A stretch of DNA of 64,000 bases. It comes from Novosphingobium sp. Lineage in GTDB: Bacteria > Pseudomonadota > Alphaproteobacteria > Sphingomonadales > Sphingomonadaceae. Under the pieces are notes generated by a model, which was not told the DNA's origin, searched no databases, and saw only the letters and a list, made by a program, of their open reading frames with translations. Position numbers and translations under genes: made by a program. Below, piece by piece: positions 1 through 15,000 of the stretch. The stretch lies in NCBI GenBank assembly GCA_040007615.1, contig JBDTUQ010000002.1, positions 29,427 to 93,426 on the forward strand, read 5' to 3'. Position 1 is the first letter of the stretch, and every line of letters begins with the position of its first letter.

Positions 1-3000
1 CAGATCGTGCCGCGGTTCGCGCCGCCGGAAATCAGGATGCTGCCGTCCGGTGCTTCGACAATGGCCATCGGGCCGATGCCGCCGTCGCTCTGGCCGATAC
101 CGGTGGCAAAGGCGCGTCCCGTGAAGGGCGTGAGCACAGCATCAAACTCGCTCGCCCCGGACAGCGCCACGGCCGCCGGGATGTTCGCCTCGGCAGCGGT
201 GAACAGCGCGTTGGTGGAGGGGACGACTGTTGGCTCGGGTGGCTGGCCAAAGTTCGGCGCGGTTGTGTCGGGCACGCTGGGCACACCGCCAAGGCTGACC
301 TTCGATCCATCGTCCACCGCATTGACGCCCGCCTTGGGCACTTCGCGGTTGCCTGCGACGTCAGTTGCCAGCGCGAGGAATTCGTAAGTCTTGCCAGGCT
401 CGCCCGTGAACACCAGCGAACCCGACGCCTGCGGCACCATGCGCTGCCAAATCTTGAAGTCGCCGCCATTCTCCGCAACGTAAAGCGTGACGTGCTTGAC
501 GCCCGATCCGGTGTTGTCGTCAGTGACGTTCCAGTCGATCGCGAAGTCATTGGTAGCCGCAATGCGCGTCGCGGTGATGTGGCTGCTGGGAGCTGTAGCG
601 TCGATTGTCTGCGTCAGTACGGTCGTGTCTTCGGGTGCAAAACCGGTCATGATGACCCGCGCCGAAGCACCGATGCGGTCACCCGTGGCGACAGTGTCTT
701 TGGGTTTGACCGAATAGTTTACGAAGCCCGCGCCGATCCCCGCCGCGTTGTTGGGCGCGAGAAGCCCGCGCGTCGCGTCTTCCAGCACTTCGCCGGTCAG
801 CGGATCGATGGCCTGAAGCACCCAGCTGGCCCGCGCCGGGCTTTGGTACATGTCCAGCACCGCGCTCACCCGCAGGATGAAGCCGCGTGTCTTGGAAAAG
901 TCGATCTCGGTCGAAAAGCTGGTCTTGCCGTCGGGCACCTTGATCGTGATGTCGCCGATCTTGATGTCGCCAAAGCTGAAGCTGCGCGGATCGAGTGAGG
1001 GATCAAGGTCCGTCACGATCCGCACTTCGTTTACCCAGCGGGCCGAGCCAGCAGCGTTCTCGAAGCCGACCGAATAGGGCAGCGTCGTCTGGTTGGGCAG
1101 CCAGCCCTGAGTGTCCAGAGTCTGCGGCCCGGTGATCGAGGCGAGGCGGCCGACATTGCCCTGGCCGGAATAGAACCGGCTGAAATCGAGCGCGGCGAAT
1201 TCGCTGCCGTCCACCGGCTCCGGCCCGTTGACCTGAAAATCCGCCGGAAGGCCGGACCCGCGCAGGGCGAAGTCCAGCCACGGCACGAAGATGCGCACTG
1301 ATTCAAAATAAGTCGATGCCGCCAGCGCGAGGTTGTAATCGGCAAATTTAGGCAACGCAGGCACGGGAATTTCGCCCACGTACCGATCGCTTTCGCGCGG
1401 GTCCATGAACTCGATCGGGGCCATCAGCCCATCCTGGTTGCCATAGAGTGTGCGGAGCTGATCGAAGAACCCGGGCAAGTCGCCGGTAGAGCGGATTTCC
1501 GAACCCGCCGGACCGAACAGGATTCCCGATGCCAGAGTCGCCATCAGGCTGACGATCTGCGTCTGTGTGCGGATTGGCGGGATCGCACCATCGGGGCGCA
1601 GCAGTCCGGCGGTTTCCAGCGAGGCGAGGTAGAGGTTGACCCAGTCGGTCTGGCTGGCCGCCAACGCCAGCAGCGATGGCGGGGCGCTGCTTGATGCCAG
1701 GATCGCGGTGCGCAAATCCAGCGCCTGTTTCGTCTGGAAGGCCACGAATTCGGCGCGCGTCATCGTCGTCGCCGCGGCCAGTATGTGGAAACGGAACGGG
1801 ATGAACGGGATCTCGTCCTTGCTGGGGATCGCCGCATTCTGCTTGTAAAGGCCGACAAAATCGAGGCCGTCGAGCACACTCTTCGAACCGGGAACACTGT
1901 CCTCGATCTTGTTCTTGGCCGCTTCCCACCACGCCGCCAGCGCGCCTTCACCTTGGGCCAGTACGCTGTCCAGTTCGGGGAACCGCGCCGCCATCTGCGC
2001 GCGGAACGTCTCGAACGCGCGGTCGGCCATTGCCTTCAGGCCGGGATAGGTCAGGATGTTGATGCTGAAACCGCCAAACCCGTCGGCAGGCTCGTCATAG
2101 AGGAAGCCGGAGGTGGTCAGTTGCCCGTTGACGTTGGTAACGGACTCCAGCCCGCTCCACGGCACAGCCGCGTTGGCCGATCCCGCTGCGCCATCGGGCG
2201 TGCCGCGCACGTTCGTGAAGAAGTTCAGGAACGGCAGGCCGTAGACATACTGGTTGTTGTTCAGTTCCGGCACGCCGACCTGGAAATAGGTATAGGGCGC
2301 ATCGAGGTTGGACAGGTTCTGCAAGGCCACCGAATAGGTAGCCTGATCGCCCGCCAGGATGACGCGCGGGCCACCCACGCCGATGGTGACTTCCGGCTCG
2401 ATCCCGCGTTCGATCAGGAACCGGTAAGGCTCGATCGTGGTCGAGCCATCGGGGTTGATGATCTTGACGTCATAAAGCCCGTGCGGCGCATCGGTGAAAT
2501 CGAAGGTGGCGATGATGGTGGTGGAATCGACCACCTTCCAAGCCACGGGTTCGTATTCCGCGATACCGGGCCGCGATACTTTAATGATCGCGCCGGGCTT
2601 GAACTGGCCGCCCTTGATCGTGGTGGTGACGAACTTGCCGTCGCCGCCGGTGTCAGTCTTGATATCGGTAATGACCAGCGGCATCAGATCGGCGAGCAGG
2701 GTAAGCTGCGACCCTTCCTGGCTGCCGCTGTAGCCGCGAACTAGCACATAATAGACGCCCGGCTGGGTGTCCGGTACGATGGCGGTCAGCTCCTGCGACA
2801 GCGGCCCGGTATAGGTCGCGTCGAACGCCGCCGATGTTGGCACCGCATCGTGGCGCAGGAACACCTCGTTGATGGCGCGCGCATCGTCGTCGCCGACGCG
2901 CAGACGCAGGGTCTGACCGGCGGGAACCTGGATCGCATAAAGCCTTTCCTCACCGGCCTTGAGATTGACCGTGGTCGGAATGTTCAGAGTCAGCGTCGGC

Positions 3001-6000
3001 ACCGAAACGCTCAGCGCACTGGGCGATGCGGTGGTGTTGTTCGACTCGCCGGTGTCTTCGTTCAGCTGGTTGCGTACATCGGCGCGCACGATCACCCGGT
3101 AATTGCCGGGCGACGCGCCGGGCAGCGTGGTCGTCAGGCTGAGTGTATAGGTGCCGTCAGGCAGCAGCGTGCCCGAGAAATCGCCCCGGCCCAGCAGGCG
3201 GTCGCCAATGTCCCAAGCCGCATCGCTAGACAGATAAACGCCGTCCGACCAGCTACCCGATGCGGTGACGGTGCTGGTGTTCTTGACCGTCCAGCTGATC
3301 GTTACCGGATCGCCAGGCTGCTTGTTGTCAGGCACGACGATGTCGGTGATCTGAATGTCAGTCGGCGGCGGCAGGTCGATGATCATGCGATCAGTGCTGC
3401 CAAGCGTGTTGTCGCGCTCGTTGGTTTCGAACACCTTGCCGGTGGTGTCGTACCGCACTGGATCGGTCACGACGAACACGTAATATGCCTGGGTGCCAAG
3501 ATCGCCCGGCAGCGCGAGGTTCAGGTTGACGTCATAGCTGCCGCCCGCCGCCAGTCCGCCGGAATGGGTGAAGCTGCCGACAAAACGGTCCGAGGTCAGG
3601 TCAAGGAACGGATCACGCGACAGGTAGACGAGGTCGTCCCAAGATCCCTGCAATGCTGGCGTGACGCCGCCGCTGTTGGTGACGGTGTATTGGACGGTAA
3701 AGCTCTGCCCCTTGACCGCGCGGGCCGGGGCGGTGAGCGATGTCACCTGAAGATTGGGCGCGCTGTAGGGCAGAATGGTGACGGCCCCGGCGGTGGTGTT
3801 GTTACCCTCACCCTGAAATTCACGCACCGCGCCCGCCGCACTGCCGCGAACGCCCCGAAGGCGCGAGGACAGCGACGAAGTGGAGAACCCGGACTCGCCC
3901 AGCCCGGAATCGGCCACAGCAATGACGTTGAACGAACCGTGCAGTTCGAACGGCACTGTCACCGTGGCAGTGGCGATATAGGATTGCCCTGCCTTCAGCC
4001 CGCCAGTGTGGACGTTCTCCGCCTTCACCACTACACCCGGCGACGTTTCCTGCGACATCAGCCAGTCGCCCTCGTCGAGTGAAGGATCGAGCGACAGGTA
4101 AAGCCGGTCAGTCCAGCTATCCTCGCGCGTGTCACGGTTGCCGACGTTCTCGACCTTGAAGCTGATAGTGTACGTCTGGCCGGCCTGGAACGTGTTCGGC
4201 ATGGTCAGCGCGGTAACCTTGAGGTCTGGCTCGCGGTAAACGACCGGGAAGGTGCCCTGGCCCATGTTGCCCTGCGGCAGTTCATAGGCGGCGCGCTGGA
4301 AGGCGGCATTCAGGTCTGAATTGTCGCCACTGCTGGGTAGGAACGATGTCCCCACATTGCCCACGACATTTGTGAAGACATAGACGTAGTATTGCCCCTC
4401 AACCCCCGGTGGCAGGGCGAACTGGGCGGTGTTGCTGTAGCTGGCCCCGCTTTTTAGACCGTTGCCCGGCTGGTTGACTGTCGCCACCAGTTGCGCGCGG
4501 CCTGCGATGAAGCTGGGGTCCTTGGAAATCCACACCTGGTCCTGCCAGTATTGCGTGCCCGACCAGACATCCGCGCCATCGTTGCGGACGGTGTAGCTGA
4601 TGCTGGTCTTCTCGCCCGAATAGGCGGGGCTGGCGGGAGCAGAGGGAACGACGCTGACAACGGTGAGGTCGGCAACCGCGTTCGTCACCAGCGTGCTGGT
4701 GAACTTCTGGTTGTCGAGCGTGTTTGTATCGCCCGCCAGAGAGGACCTGACGATGATGTACTTGCCCTCCGCCGCGACGTTCAAGCGGACGCTGGCGGAA
4801 TTGGTATAGCTCTGGCCAGGATCGAGGGGCTTCAGGTTATCAAAAGTGCCGAGCGCGAAGACCTTGGTGGCGTTTTCCAGCAGCGGTGCGTCAGCCAGAT
4901 AGACCTGGTCGCTCCAGCCGTCAGCAGTGGAATCGCCGCCAGCCTTGACTGTCCAACTGAACGCGAAATTGTCGCCCCCCTTGGCCGAAGCGTCTGCCGT
5001 CACCGACTCGACGCTGATTGCACGGGTGGTCTGCGCCGCCGCTGGAGTACCGACGATCTGGATCGCCCGCGCACGGTAGTTGCTGGAATTGAGCTCTGCC
5101 GGATCATCAGGGTTGATATTGGTGACCAGCGGGTCTTCGAGCAGCGTGCCGAACGGATCGACCCACGGCGTGATGTAGTACGTGCCCGAGATCACATGAT
5201 CCGGCAGCGTTACTGTCAGCACCCGGTCATAACCCTGACCGACAACCAGCGGCCCGCCGGTGTATTGCAGGCTGGTCAGCAGGATGTCGCCCTGGCCCGG
5301 ATGCGGCCGGTTCTTGTCGCGCGTCAGCCAGATCTGTTCGGTCCACGCCCCCAGATCGCTAGTGCCCGACCCGCGATTGGTGACGGTGTAGTTGACCGAA
5401 ACCGTGTTGCCCTCAAACGCCTGCGTCGGCACAGCAACGCTGTCGACGACAAGGTCGGCAAACGGGATTGGATCGACATAGATCGGCGTGACGGTGACGT
5501 TGCTGGCGATGGTATCGTTCGGCCACTCATCCACCGCGTTCCCGGCGTCGACCTGGGTGAGGATGTAGACCGTACCGCGAAACCGCTTTGGCACGGTGAA
5601 GGTGCCCGATGCCGACGTGTATTCCTCAAGGCTGCCGAGCGCGCTCTGGTTGACGAGCGAGGAGACGAGGATGTCGTCGCTGGTGAGCTTGTCATCCAGC
5701 GACAGATAGACACGGTCGTTCCATACGCCATTCGCGGCAACAAGGCCCTGATTGGTGACGGTGAACTCGATCGACGCCGTCGCACCGGCGCTGACGTGTA
5801 CCGGAGCAACAACGTTGCTGACGCGCAGATCGGGCCGGGGCAAGGTCGCCACCAGGATCGCGGAATCGTCAACCAGGCGGTTGTTGCCTTCCGACGTATA
5901 TTCATAGACGCTGTTGTCGGCGTCGGTGACGACGACGATTTCGTACTGATCGGACGTGTGCAGCGGCAGCCGCATTTCTTCCTTGCGGCTATAGCTGGTG

Positions 6001-9000
6001 CCGGCCTGAAGCGGCCCGGTATAGCTGTATGTGCCGATCAGAGTGCCCGCACCGGTATCGCCCACCTTGCGCAGATAGACCTTGTCGACCCACGATCCGT
6101 TCGCATCGCTGGTGCCGTCGTTCTGCACGGTCCACTGGATGTCGACGACCTGGCCTTCCGTGCCATTCGTCGGCGCGGAGATCGAGGTTACCTTGAGGTC
6201 AGGCGGGGGTGACAGGCTGACGGAGATCGGTGCCGACGTGGCAGTGTTGTTGTCGCCATAGATGAACTCGTATGGTCCGCTGCCGGGGTTGGACGAGCCT
6301 GGTGCTTCCACCACCACGCGGTAGTTGCCGGAAATGCCATCCGGAAGACGGAAGCTGGCGCTGCGCTGATAGCTGTCGCCGGTAGCGAGGAAGCCGAGAT
6401 GGTTGACCGCACCCAGCTTAATGCGGCCGGTGCCGTCGGTCTTTTCCAGCCAGACGATATCGAACCACTCGGCAACATTGGTCAGCCCGATGCCCTGATT
6501 GGCGACGGTCCACGTAACCGCAAGGTCAGTGCCGGACGCGCCGCTGTCGGGCGTTACTACGGTATTGACGACTAGATCGGCCCACAGGATCGGGGAAACG
6601 TCGAACGGCCCAGTCAGGAAGCCGCGGTTGCCGTCGGCACCGTTTTCAAACACCTCGCCCTTTGAATCGCTGCGGACGAACAGCGTGTAGTGGCCATAGA
6701 ATCCGGGCGGCAGGATCAGATCAAGGCTGGCGTCATAGCTTGCGCCCAGTGCCAGTCCGCCACTGTGGACCAATTGGCCCAGCACCACGTCGTCGCCATT
6801 GCCGAACACATCGTCGGCGGACACGATCACGCTGTCAGTCCACGAACTGGTGATGCCCGCGCCGGTGCCCGAATTGGTCACCTTCCAGCCCACCGTCACA
6901 TGCGCCGGATCGGCAATCTTGCGCGACGGGGCGGTGACGTTTGACACGTCAAGATCGGCATAAGGCGCAAGGCCCACAGTGAGGTCGATAGCCGAGGTGT
7001 TATTGCCCTCGCCCACAGTTTCGGCCACCACATCGGCGTCATCCGTGCGGACGATCAGTTTGTAAGCGCCCTGCGCGTCGATCGGCAGGGTGACAGACAG
7101 CGTGACATCGCGCGTCGCGCCTGCCGCAAGCGATCCGAGCGCGGTGACCGTGCCAAGCTTGATGTCGCCCGCGCCAATCACGCCATCGCGTGACAGCCAC
7201 ACGGTATCGGTCCACCCTGCCGCGGTCGCGCCGCTGCCATTGTTGCGCACGGTCCAGTTGACGTCGAAAGTCGATCCGCTCTGCGCGGTTCCACCTACCG
7301 GTCCGGCCAGCGCCGAAACCGTCAAGTCCGGATGAGTCAGCGCCAGCACCGCGCTGGCGCCGTCATTGTCCGCTTCCTGCCCGGCTTCGAACACTTGCGA
7401 GGAGGAATCAGCTCGTACCAGAATGAGCGTATCGCCATCAGCGTAATCGGTCGGCAGCGTGACATTCTGGGTCACGGTATAGCTATCGCCCGGAGCCAGC
7501 GCGAACGTGCGGCTGACGGAAGCCAGGTTGCGGCTGCCCGAAACGGTCGTGTCGGTGTCAAAATAGATTGTATCTGTCCACGGCGCAGAGGCGGTAACGG
7601 TGCCCGCATTGCGCACGACGTAAGTGACAGCCACGGTCTGCCCGGCGATCGCGTCTGCGGGGACGGTTACGCTATCCACCACCAGGTTGGCCGATGGAGC
7701 AGGGGCCAGGGTGATCGGCGCGGATACGCCTGCGTTGTCAGCTTCCTGCAGGTTTTCAAACACCGTCTGGCCTGCGTCAGTGACCAGGATCAGGCGGAAC
7801 GATCCGGTCCGGCCATCCTGCACTCGTGCATCGAACGCCACCGAATAGCTGTCACCCGGAGCCAGCGCACCGCTGCGCACCACTTCGCCCAGCACAAGAT
7901 CGCCGCTGTCGTAAATGCCATCGGCAGACAGGACCAGCCGGTCGATATGTCCGCCCGGTGCAGCCAGCGTGCCGGTGTTGCGCACCCGCCATGACACGTT
8001 GAATGGTTGACCGCCCGCGACCGGATCGGCGGGGCCGAACACGGCCTCCGCCACCAGATTGGGGGCCTGCGAGGAGAGTGCGATGACCGCTGGTGCGCCC
8101 ACATTATCGGCGCGGGTATCGGGTTCGATGATGGCGAAGGCCGGATCAGCGACCACGTAGACGCGGTAATTTCCAGCAATGTTGCTGGGCAGCACCACGC
8201 TCGCCGTGCCCGCATATTGTCCGCCTACAGCAAGCGGGCCGTTGTTGGCGAAATTGCCGAGGACGAAATCATCGGCATTGCCGAACACCGCGTCGCTGCT
8301 CAGCACCACACGGTCGCTCCAGCCAGAGCCGGTGCCTGTGTTGCCTGCGTTGATCACATTCCAGTTGACGGTGATCGTGTCGCCGCCAGAGGCATTGGAC
8401 GGAGCCGTTACGCCGGTAACCTGAAGGTCGGGATAATTGCGCGCAGCAACTGTGACACCGGCGCTTGCGGCGTTGTTCGCCTCGGCATTGATACCCGATA
8501 CGACCTCTCGCACGGTGCCCGCTGCGCCGCCCACATCGCTGTCTACAACCAACGTGACACGCACGTTGCCTACGGCTTTCTGGCCTTGCGGCAGAGCGAA
8601 AGCGAAGGTGCGGCTGCGCTGCTGACCCGCCGCCAAGGCGGTTCCGGTCGGCACGGAAAGGTCTAGGATCACGGCCCCTGTGTCGATATTTTCAACCAGC
8701 ACCCGATTGGTCCAGCCGCCCGCCGTGGCGGCGTTGCCGGTATTGGCCTCGTCCCAGTTCAGCGTGACGGTATCGCCAGCCGAAGGGTTGGCCGTGGCAA
8801 TCGCAAAGTTGCGAATCTGCAAGTCTGGCGCGGACGTGACCGATGTGGTGGAGGCATTGTTCGTCTCGCCCGTGCCGGCATCGTTCGCTTCAACGATCTC
8901 GTCCAGTATGTCGGTCGTGACCGTAAAATCGAACGAGCCAAAGGCGGAAAGGCCCGCAGGCCAGGTTATCGTCGCGCTGCGATCTACCGTCGCGCCCGCG

Positions 9001-12000
9001 TCGATGGTCGCGGCCAGCGGCACTGTGAGTACCACGACCTGCTGGTTCGAGGTGACGTTGCGCACGGTGATGCGTTCCGACATGCCTGCCGTCGTGGCGA
9101 GGTTGCCCGCGTTTGTCGTCTGCCAGTGCACCGTCACCGTGTCGCCCGGCTGCCAGCCCTCGGCGGGTTCCGGCACGACATTACCGACGGTCAGGTCGAT
9201 GACCGGGGCAAGCGTGGAGACAACCGCAACGCTGGCGCTGTTGTTATTCTCGCCCGTACCGGCAAGATTCGCTTCGGAAATCGTGTTGGCAACGTCACTG
9301 GTGACAGTGAAGCTGATATTGCCAGTGCCGCGATTGCCGGTTGGCAGGGTCACGGTGGTCTGGCGTTGACGCTCTGCCCCGGCGGCCAGCGGGCCGGCGG
9401 TATCGGCGATCAGGATATTGCCGATGATCTCGTTGGTATCGGTATTGCGGACGATAATCCGGTCCGTCCAGCTCGCCGCCGTCGGCAAGGTGCCGCTGTT
9501 GGTGGTCTTCCAGCTCAGGGTTACGGTGCTGCCCGACTGAATCTGGCCCACAGACGAAACCGCCAGCGCGGTCGGCGCAAGATCGGGTGAGGGCACATAT
9601 TGCAGCGATGAGATGATTACGGGCGACTGGATCGTGTTTTCGAACACGTTGAACGTGTAAGTGCCTATCGCATTGTCATAGGCGATGTAGCCATCGATGA
9701 TCAGGGTATAAGTCCCCGCATCGGCGAGCGTCATCGTATCGACATCGCTGTTGAAATCCGAATGGAACAGCTGCTGCCCGTTGGGACCGATCAGCCGCCA
9801 GGTTGAGTTGACCCCGCTCTGTGCCTGCTGGTCGAAGAAGAACCGCTCACCCGCTGTCGCGTTAAAGCGGTAGAACTTGGCCTCGGACCCGGGGCTAAGC
9901 GTGCCACTGACGGGAACACCCGGCGTGATCGGCGTGGCGTTGGCCATGTCGGACACGCGGATAGAGAACGGTCGCGCGGCCGCGCTATTGTTGGTGACGC
10001 GCAAGGTATAGGCGCCTGCGGGCAGAACCAGCACGGGCGAAGGACCGTAGTTCCACGAATCCGATGCGTTGAAATTGCGCGTGTCGACGGTGCCCTGTGG
10101 CCCCGACAACGACCACGAAACGTCGCCGTAATTGTTGAGCGCATCGACAAAAATCTGGGTCGGCCCGGCCAGCGTGAACGTCAATAGTTCTGACTGTCGC
10201 GGCTGATCAAGCGAGCCGGTAAACGTCTGTCCCAGCGTCAGCGTCGCAGTCTTGTCAACGATGCGGCTGACTTTGAAGGCATAGTCCACGACGGGCACAG
10301 GCTCATCCACCCGGCCATCGAACAGCAGCGTATATGTGCCTGTGCGCGGCAGCGTGACCGGGCCGACATCGGTCTGGTAACTGTTGTAGAACACCAGTTT
10401 GCCGGTCGGGTCCAGCAGCCGCCACGTGCCATATCCGGTAGTGCTGAGGTAATCGAAGAACATCCGGTCGCCCTGCGCGCCGGTAAAGCTGTAGACCGCG
10501 TTTGCGTTGCCGGGATTGAGCGTTCCGGTCGTCTGGCTGTCAATTGGCAGCGGGGCCGCAGAGGCGAGGTCGAGCAAACGGAAGGCGAAGTTGCCAGTCT
10601 GATCTGCGTCGGCGTCGATGGTCAGGGTGTAGCTGCCCTGCGGCGCATAGATCACTTCCGCGTCGGGGCGGTTGAACGCATCGCTGCGCGCAAAATCGCG
10701 CGAGTCCAGCGTTCCGGTCGGGCCGGTAAGCGTCCAGTTGAAGCTGGCGTTGTTGAGCAGGCTGTCGAACAGCAGGCGGCTGTTCTGAGCAAGCGAGAAC
10801 GAATAGCGCGTGCGGTCGCCCGGGTTGGTGATCGTGCCGCTGGTGGTCGCGCCAATGGTCAGCGCTGCAGCTGTATCGACCATCGTGTCGACCGCAAAAG
10901 TAAGCGTCTGCGGTGCGCCGGACCAGATCCGGCCTTCGACCAGCAGCGTATAAGTGCCATCGATGGGCAGGGCCGGCGCTTCGATGTCATAGCGCCCATA
11001 GTTAGGCCCGAATACGACATTGCCAGTCGGGTCGATCAGCCGCCAATAAGGCTCGCCCGAGCCGCTAATGGCATCGAAATAGACCTTCTGCCCGGCGCTG
11101 GCTGTGAACTTGTACATCGCCGTCGCATTGCCCGGGTTTAGCGTTAGCGTGATGGGCTGGCCGGATATGACATCCTGCGCCGATGACAGCGCCGCAACCC
11201 GGAAGGCATAGCTGCCGGTGCTCTGAGCGTTGGCTGAGATGATGACATTGTAAGTGCCCGGTTGCAGCACCATGACCGGGTTGCCGCCGTTTTCGGCAGA
11301 GTCGGTCTGGGTAAAAACATGCAGCCCGCCCGTTTGGGTTGGCCCAACGATCTGCCAGCGCAGTTCGCCGTTATTGGTCAGTGCATCGAAGATGACCGGG
11401 GTAGGTTGGGTGACGGTGAACGCATAGCGGTCTGCCGCGCCCGCCACCGCGATGGTTCCGGTCTGGGTAGCATCGAGCGTCAGGGGCGGAGTAGCCGCCG
11501 CTGCCGCCGTCATCGCCACGCTGACGTTGTCAACGTCCTGATCGCCGATCGATCCGCCCTGATAGCCGGACAGCAGCACGCGACCGGCCTCAAGCTCCAT
11601 GCCGCCGATAAAGAAATTGCTTGTCGCCGTCACCGCGCTCCCGCCGGTGGGCGTCAGTTCAATTGTCAGTAGCGTCCCGCCGGTGGTGCGCGTCAGCAAC
11701 ACCCGTGCGTGGGCCCAGGCGCCAGAGGCGAGCGTGATGCCGGGATTGGCGATCTCACCGATCTTGACGCCGTTGTAGTGAATCGAGATGTGGTTGCCGT
11801 TGACTTCGCCGTTGTTGAACGTGTCGAACCCAAGGCCCAGCGCGCCGGGGACGTTGGCCTCTACCCCCACTTGCGGGCCGGGGCCGGAAATCCCGTATTG
11901 CGCCACGGGCAGGAAGGCAAAGCTGATGCCGTCCGGGTCGGTCGTCGCGCCGGGCTGGCGGGTGATGCGGAAGTCAAAGCCCAGGTCGACACTGTCCTGC

Positions 12001-15000
12001 CGTCCGGTGCCGGTGGCCGAGAATACGACACTGTTCTGCAGGTTGGAATGCAGCACATCGGTAAGGCGGACGAAATTGCCGCCCGTACCGGTGAGGACTT
12101 GCGCCGCCGCGCCGAAATGATTGACGAGCACGTAGGGCAGTCCGGCGCTGTCGAAAGTCTGCGCCGTCTGTCCATTCGCAGGCACGGCAACCGGCTGGTC
12201 AAAGCGGAAGCCGTAGTTGACGTCGCCGTTGTTATAGATGCGCCCTTCGACCAGTAGCTTGTACGTGCCGGTCATGGTCGCCGTCAGCAGGCCGGTGTCT
12301 GCGGGCGAGGATGGCCCGAAAACCACCTGGCCCAGCGGATCGATCAGCCGCCAGCGCAAGTCACCCGAAGGCTGCTGCGTGATCGAAAAGCCGAAGCGCG
12401 TCCCTTGCGTCACGTCGAACTTGTAGGTCGCCGTCTCGCGCCCTGCCTGCGCTATCGTGCGGTTAAGCGTGCCGCCAGGGCTGAGCACTTCTGCCGCGCC
12501 CAGATCGAGCAGGCGGAAATCGTAGGTTCCCGTCGTGTCGCCGCCGATGTCGACTGTCAGCACCCAATCACCCGCCACAAGATTGAGCACCGGATTAGGG
12601 CCAAAATCTGCGCTGTCAGTGGAATAGAAATTGCGGCTATTCACCACCATGCCGCCGGGGCCAGTCAGCGTCCAGTTGAACTGCTGCGCGGCCGAAAGCG
12701 CATCGAACACCAGTTGCGAAGGCTGCGCCAGAGTGAACGAATAACGGTCGCTTTCGCCGGGCTTGGCAATCGAGCCCGCCACATGCAAGCCGAGCGTGAG
12801 GGGAGTGGTCGTCTGACCGCCCTCACTATAAACGGCAAAGCTGTATCCAGCTTGTGACCCCTGATGAACACGACCTTCCAGTAGCAGGGTATATGTGCCC
12901 GCGCGGTCGAGCGTAATGCCATCTATGTCGTTGATCCCGGTCGGGCCGAACACCGTCTTGCCTGATGGATCGAGCAGCCGCCAATAGACTTCCGACTGCA
13001 CAGCCAAGGCATCGAAATAAAACTTCTCCCCCGCTTGGGCATTGAATTTATAGGCATTGGTCAGCTTGGCCGGATCGAGTGCCACAGTAACCGGTGTGCC
13101 GAGCATCAGCGGGGTTGCCGCCGCCAGATCGGTCAGGCGGAAGTTGTAATTGCCGGTGCCGTCGCCGCTGCCGCTGACTTTTAGCGTGTAGGTGCCTGCC
13201 GCCAGATTCATCGCCGGGGTAGGGCCGAAGTCGATGGAATCGCTCTGGTCGAAACGACGTTTGGTGACGACATCCCCGTCAACACCGGTCAGCGTCCACA
13301 GCAGTCCGCCATTGTTCGTTTCGGAATCAAAATAGACGCTCGTGGCTGCCGCCAGCGTGAAGGTGTAGAGTTTTTCCTCACCCGCATGGCTGATCTTGCC
13401 GGTCACGCCGTTGGGATTCATGGCGTGGAGAATGGCACCGCCCGGCAGCGTGGCGCTTTCGAAATCCATCGCATAGAGCAGGCCTGCCGTGCCCGTGGGC
13501 GAAGGCGCATTCATGTCGGCGGCGATCTGTGCGGCAGTGCGTGCGGTGCCCCACATTTGCACGGTATCAATCGCGCCTTCGATCGAGCCGATATCGGTGC
13601 GCGCATGGGGATACATGCCGAACAGCAGCGGATCGCTGTTCACGATATTGTCGTTGGTGCGGATCGTGGCGGAGGCCTTTTCCACCCCGTTGACGAAGAT
13701 CTTCTGCGTTCCCGCCGTCCGGTCAACCACGGCGGCGATATGCACCCACTGGCCGAAGGTAAAGGCACCCGCAGTCGTGCTGACACCCTGATTACCAGAG
13801 GTATCGCCGGTGAGGAAATTGATCTGCCCATCCGAACCGAGCGATATGTGGTACGGCACCTTCTGGGTATCGGCATCGCCTTTGGTCGCCAGCACGACAT
13901 AATTGTCGGTCATCCGGTCGAGCCGATACCAGCCTTCCAGCGTAAAATCGCGCTGCGGGGCGGGGGCGACAGCGTTTGGAACTTCGACGTATTCCACGCC
14001 GCTCAGGCTCAGCGCATTGCCGTTGCGACCGGGCTCTACATGCGGTTGCTGAGGGTTGATGCCGTCGAGGGTGATCGCCGTGGGCGCACCGTTGACACCG
14101 GCCAGGTAGAAGGCAAGGCGGTAGTCGATCGGCCAGTCGCGCCACGCACGACTTTCCACCAGCAGCGTGTAGGTGCCGCCAATGGCCAGCACGCCGGTGT
14201 CGATGTCTCCGAAGGTGACCGGCCCGGTGACCTGCCGCCCATAAGGATCAATCAGCCGCAGCGAAATGCGGTCACCCGGCGCACTGATGGCCTGCCCGTC
14301 AATGAACACTCGCTGCCCAGCGGTGACGTCAAAGCGGTAGGCATGGTTCTCACGCCCCCCTGCAATTGTCGCGGAAAGGGCCGTGTCAAGCGTGACTTTC
14401 GGCGCTGTCGCCAGATCGAGAAACCGGAACGCGAACGTGCCCGTGGCCGCGCTGTTGCCATCGACAGTAACTGTGTATTGCCCCGCCTGTGCAGTGAATA
14501 CGGGGTTTTCGCCGCCCAGTTCGAAACTGTCGCCATTGCGCAAGTTGCGGGTGATCGAAAGCCCGCCCGGGCCGGTCAGCGTGACGTTGATCTGGTCGTT
14601 ATCGTAAAGCGCGTCGAATTCCAGAGTCGTCGGCGCGGCGAGGGTAAAGGTATAGGTTCGCTTGTCACCCGGTACCGCCAGTCGACCCTCGACCGTGCCG
14701 GGCAGACCAGCAAAATCGCGCAGGACGGATGCGCTGCCGCCGCTTACCGTTTCAGGAGTGGTGCCGCCTGAAAGACTGTCAAACGGGAGCCGTGCGACGA
14801 GGCCAGTGGCATTCGCTGGCGGGCCGTTCATCATGTCGGTCTGAATATCTGCGGCGGACCGCGCGCCGTGCCAGACGCGCACTTCATCCAGCGCGCCCTC
14901 AAGGCGGCCAAGGCTGTCGTCTGTTTCGATGGTGCCGCTGATGTAGAGCGGGCTATCGGCCTGACCGTAGGCCTGCGTACCGCTGACAGTGCGAGATGCT

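Noticed and set aside
1785-14771. Long plus-strand ORFs (e.g. 1785-2744, 2850-4082, 4491-6212, 13386-14771)
   Set aside because: They are antisense shadows of the giant minus-strand gene, with Arg/Gly-rich, motif-free translations typical of high-GC reverse frames.
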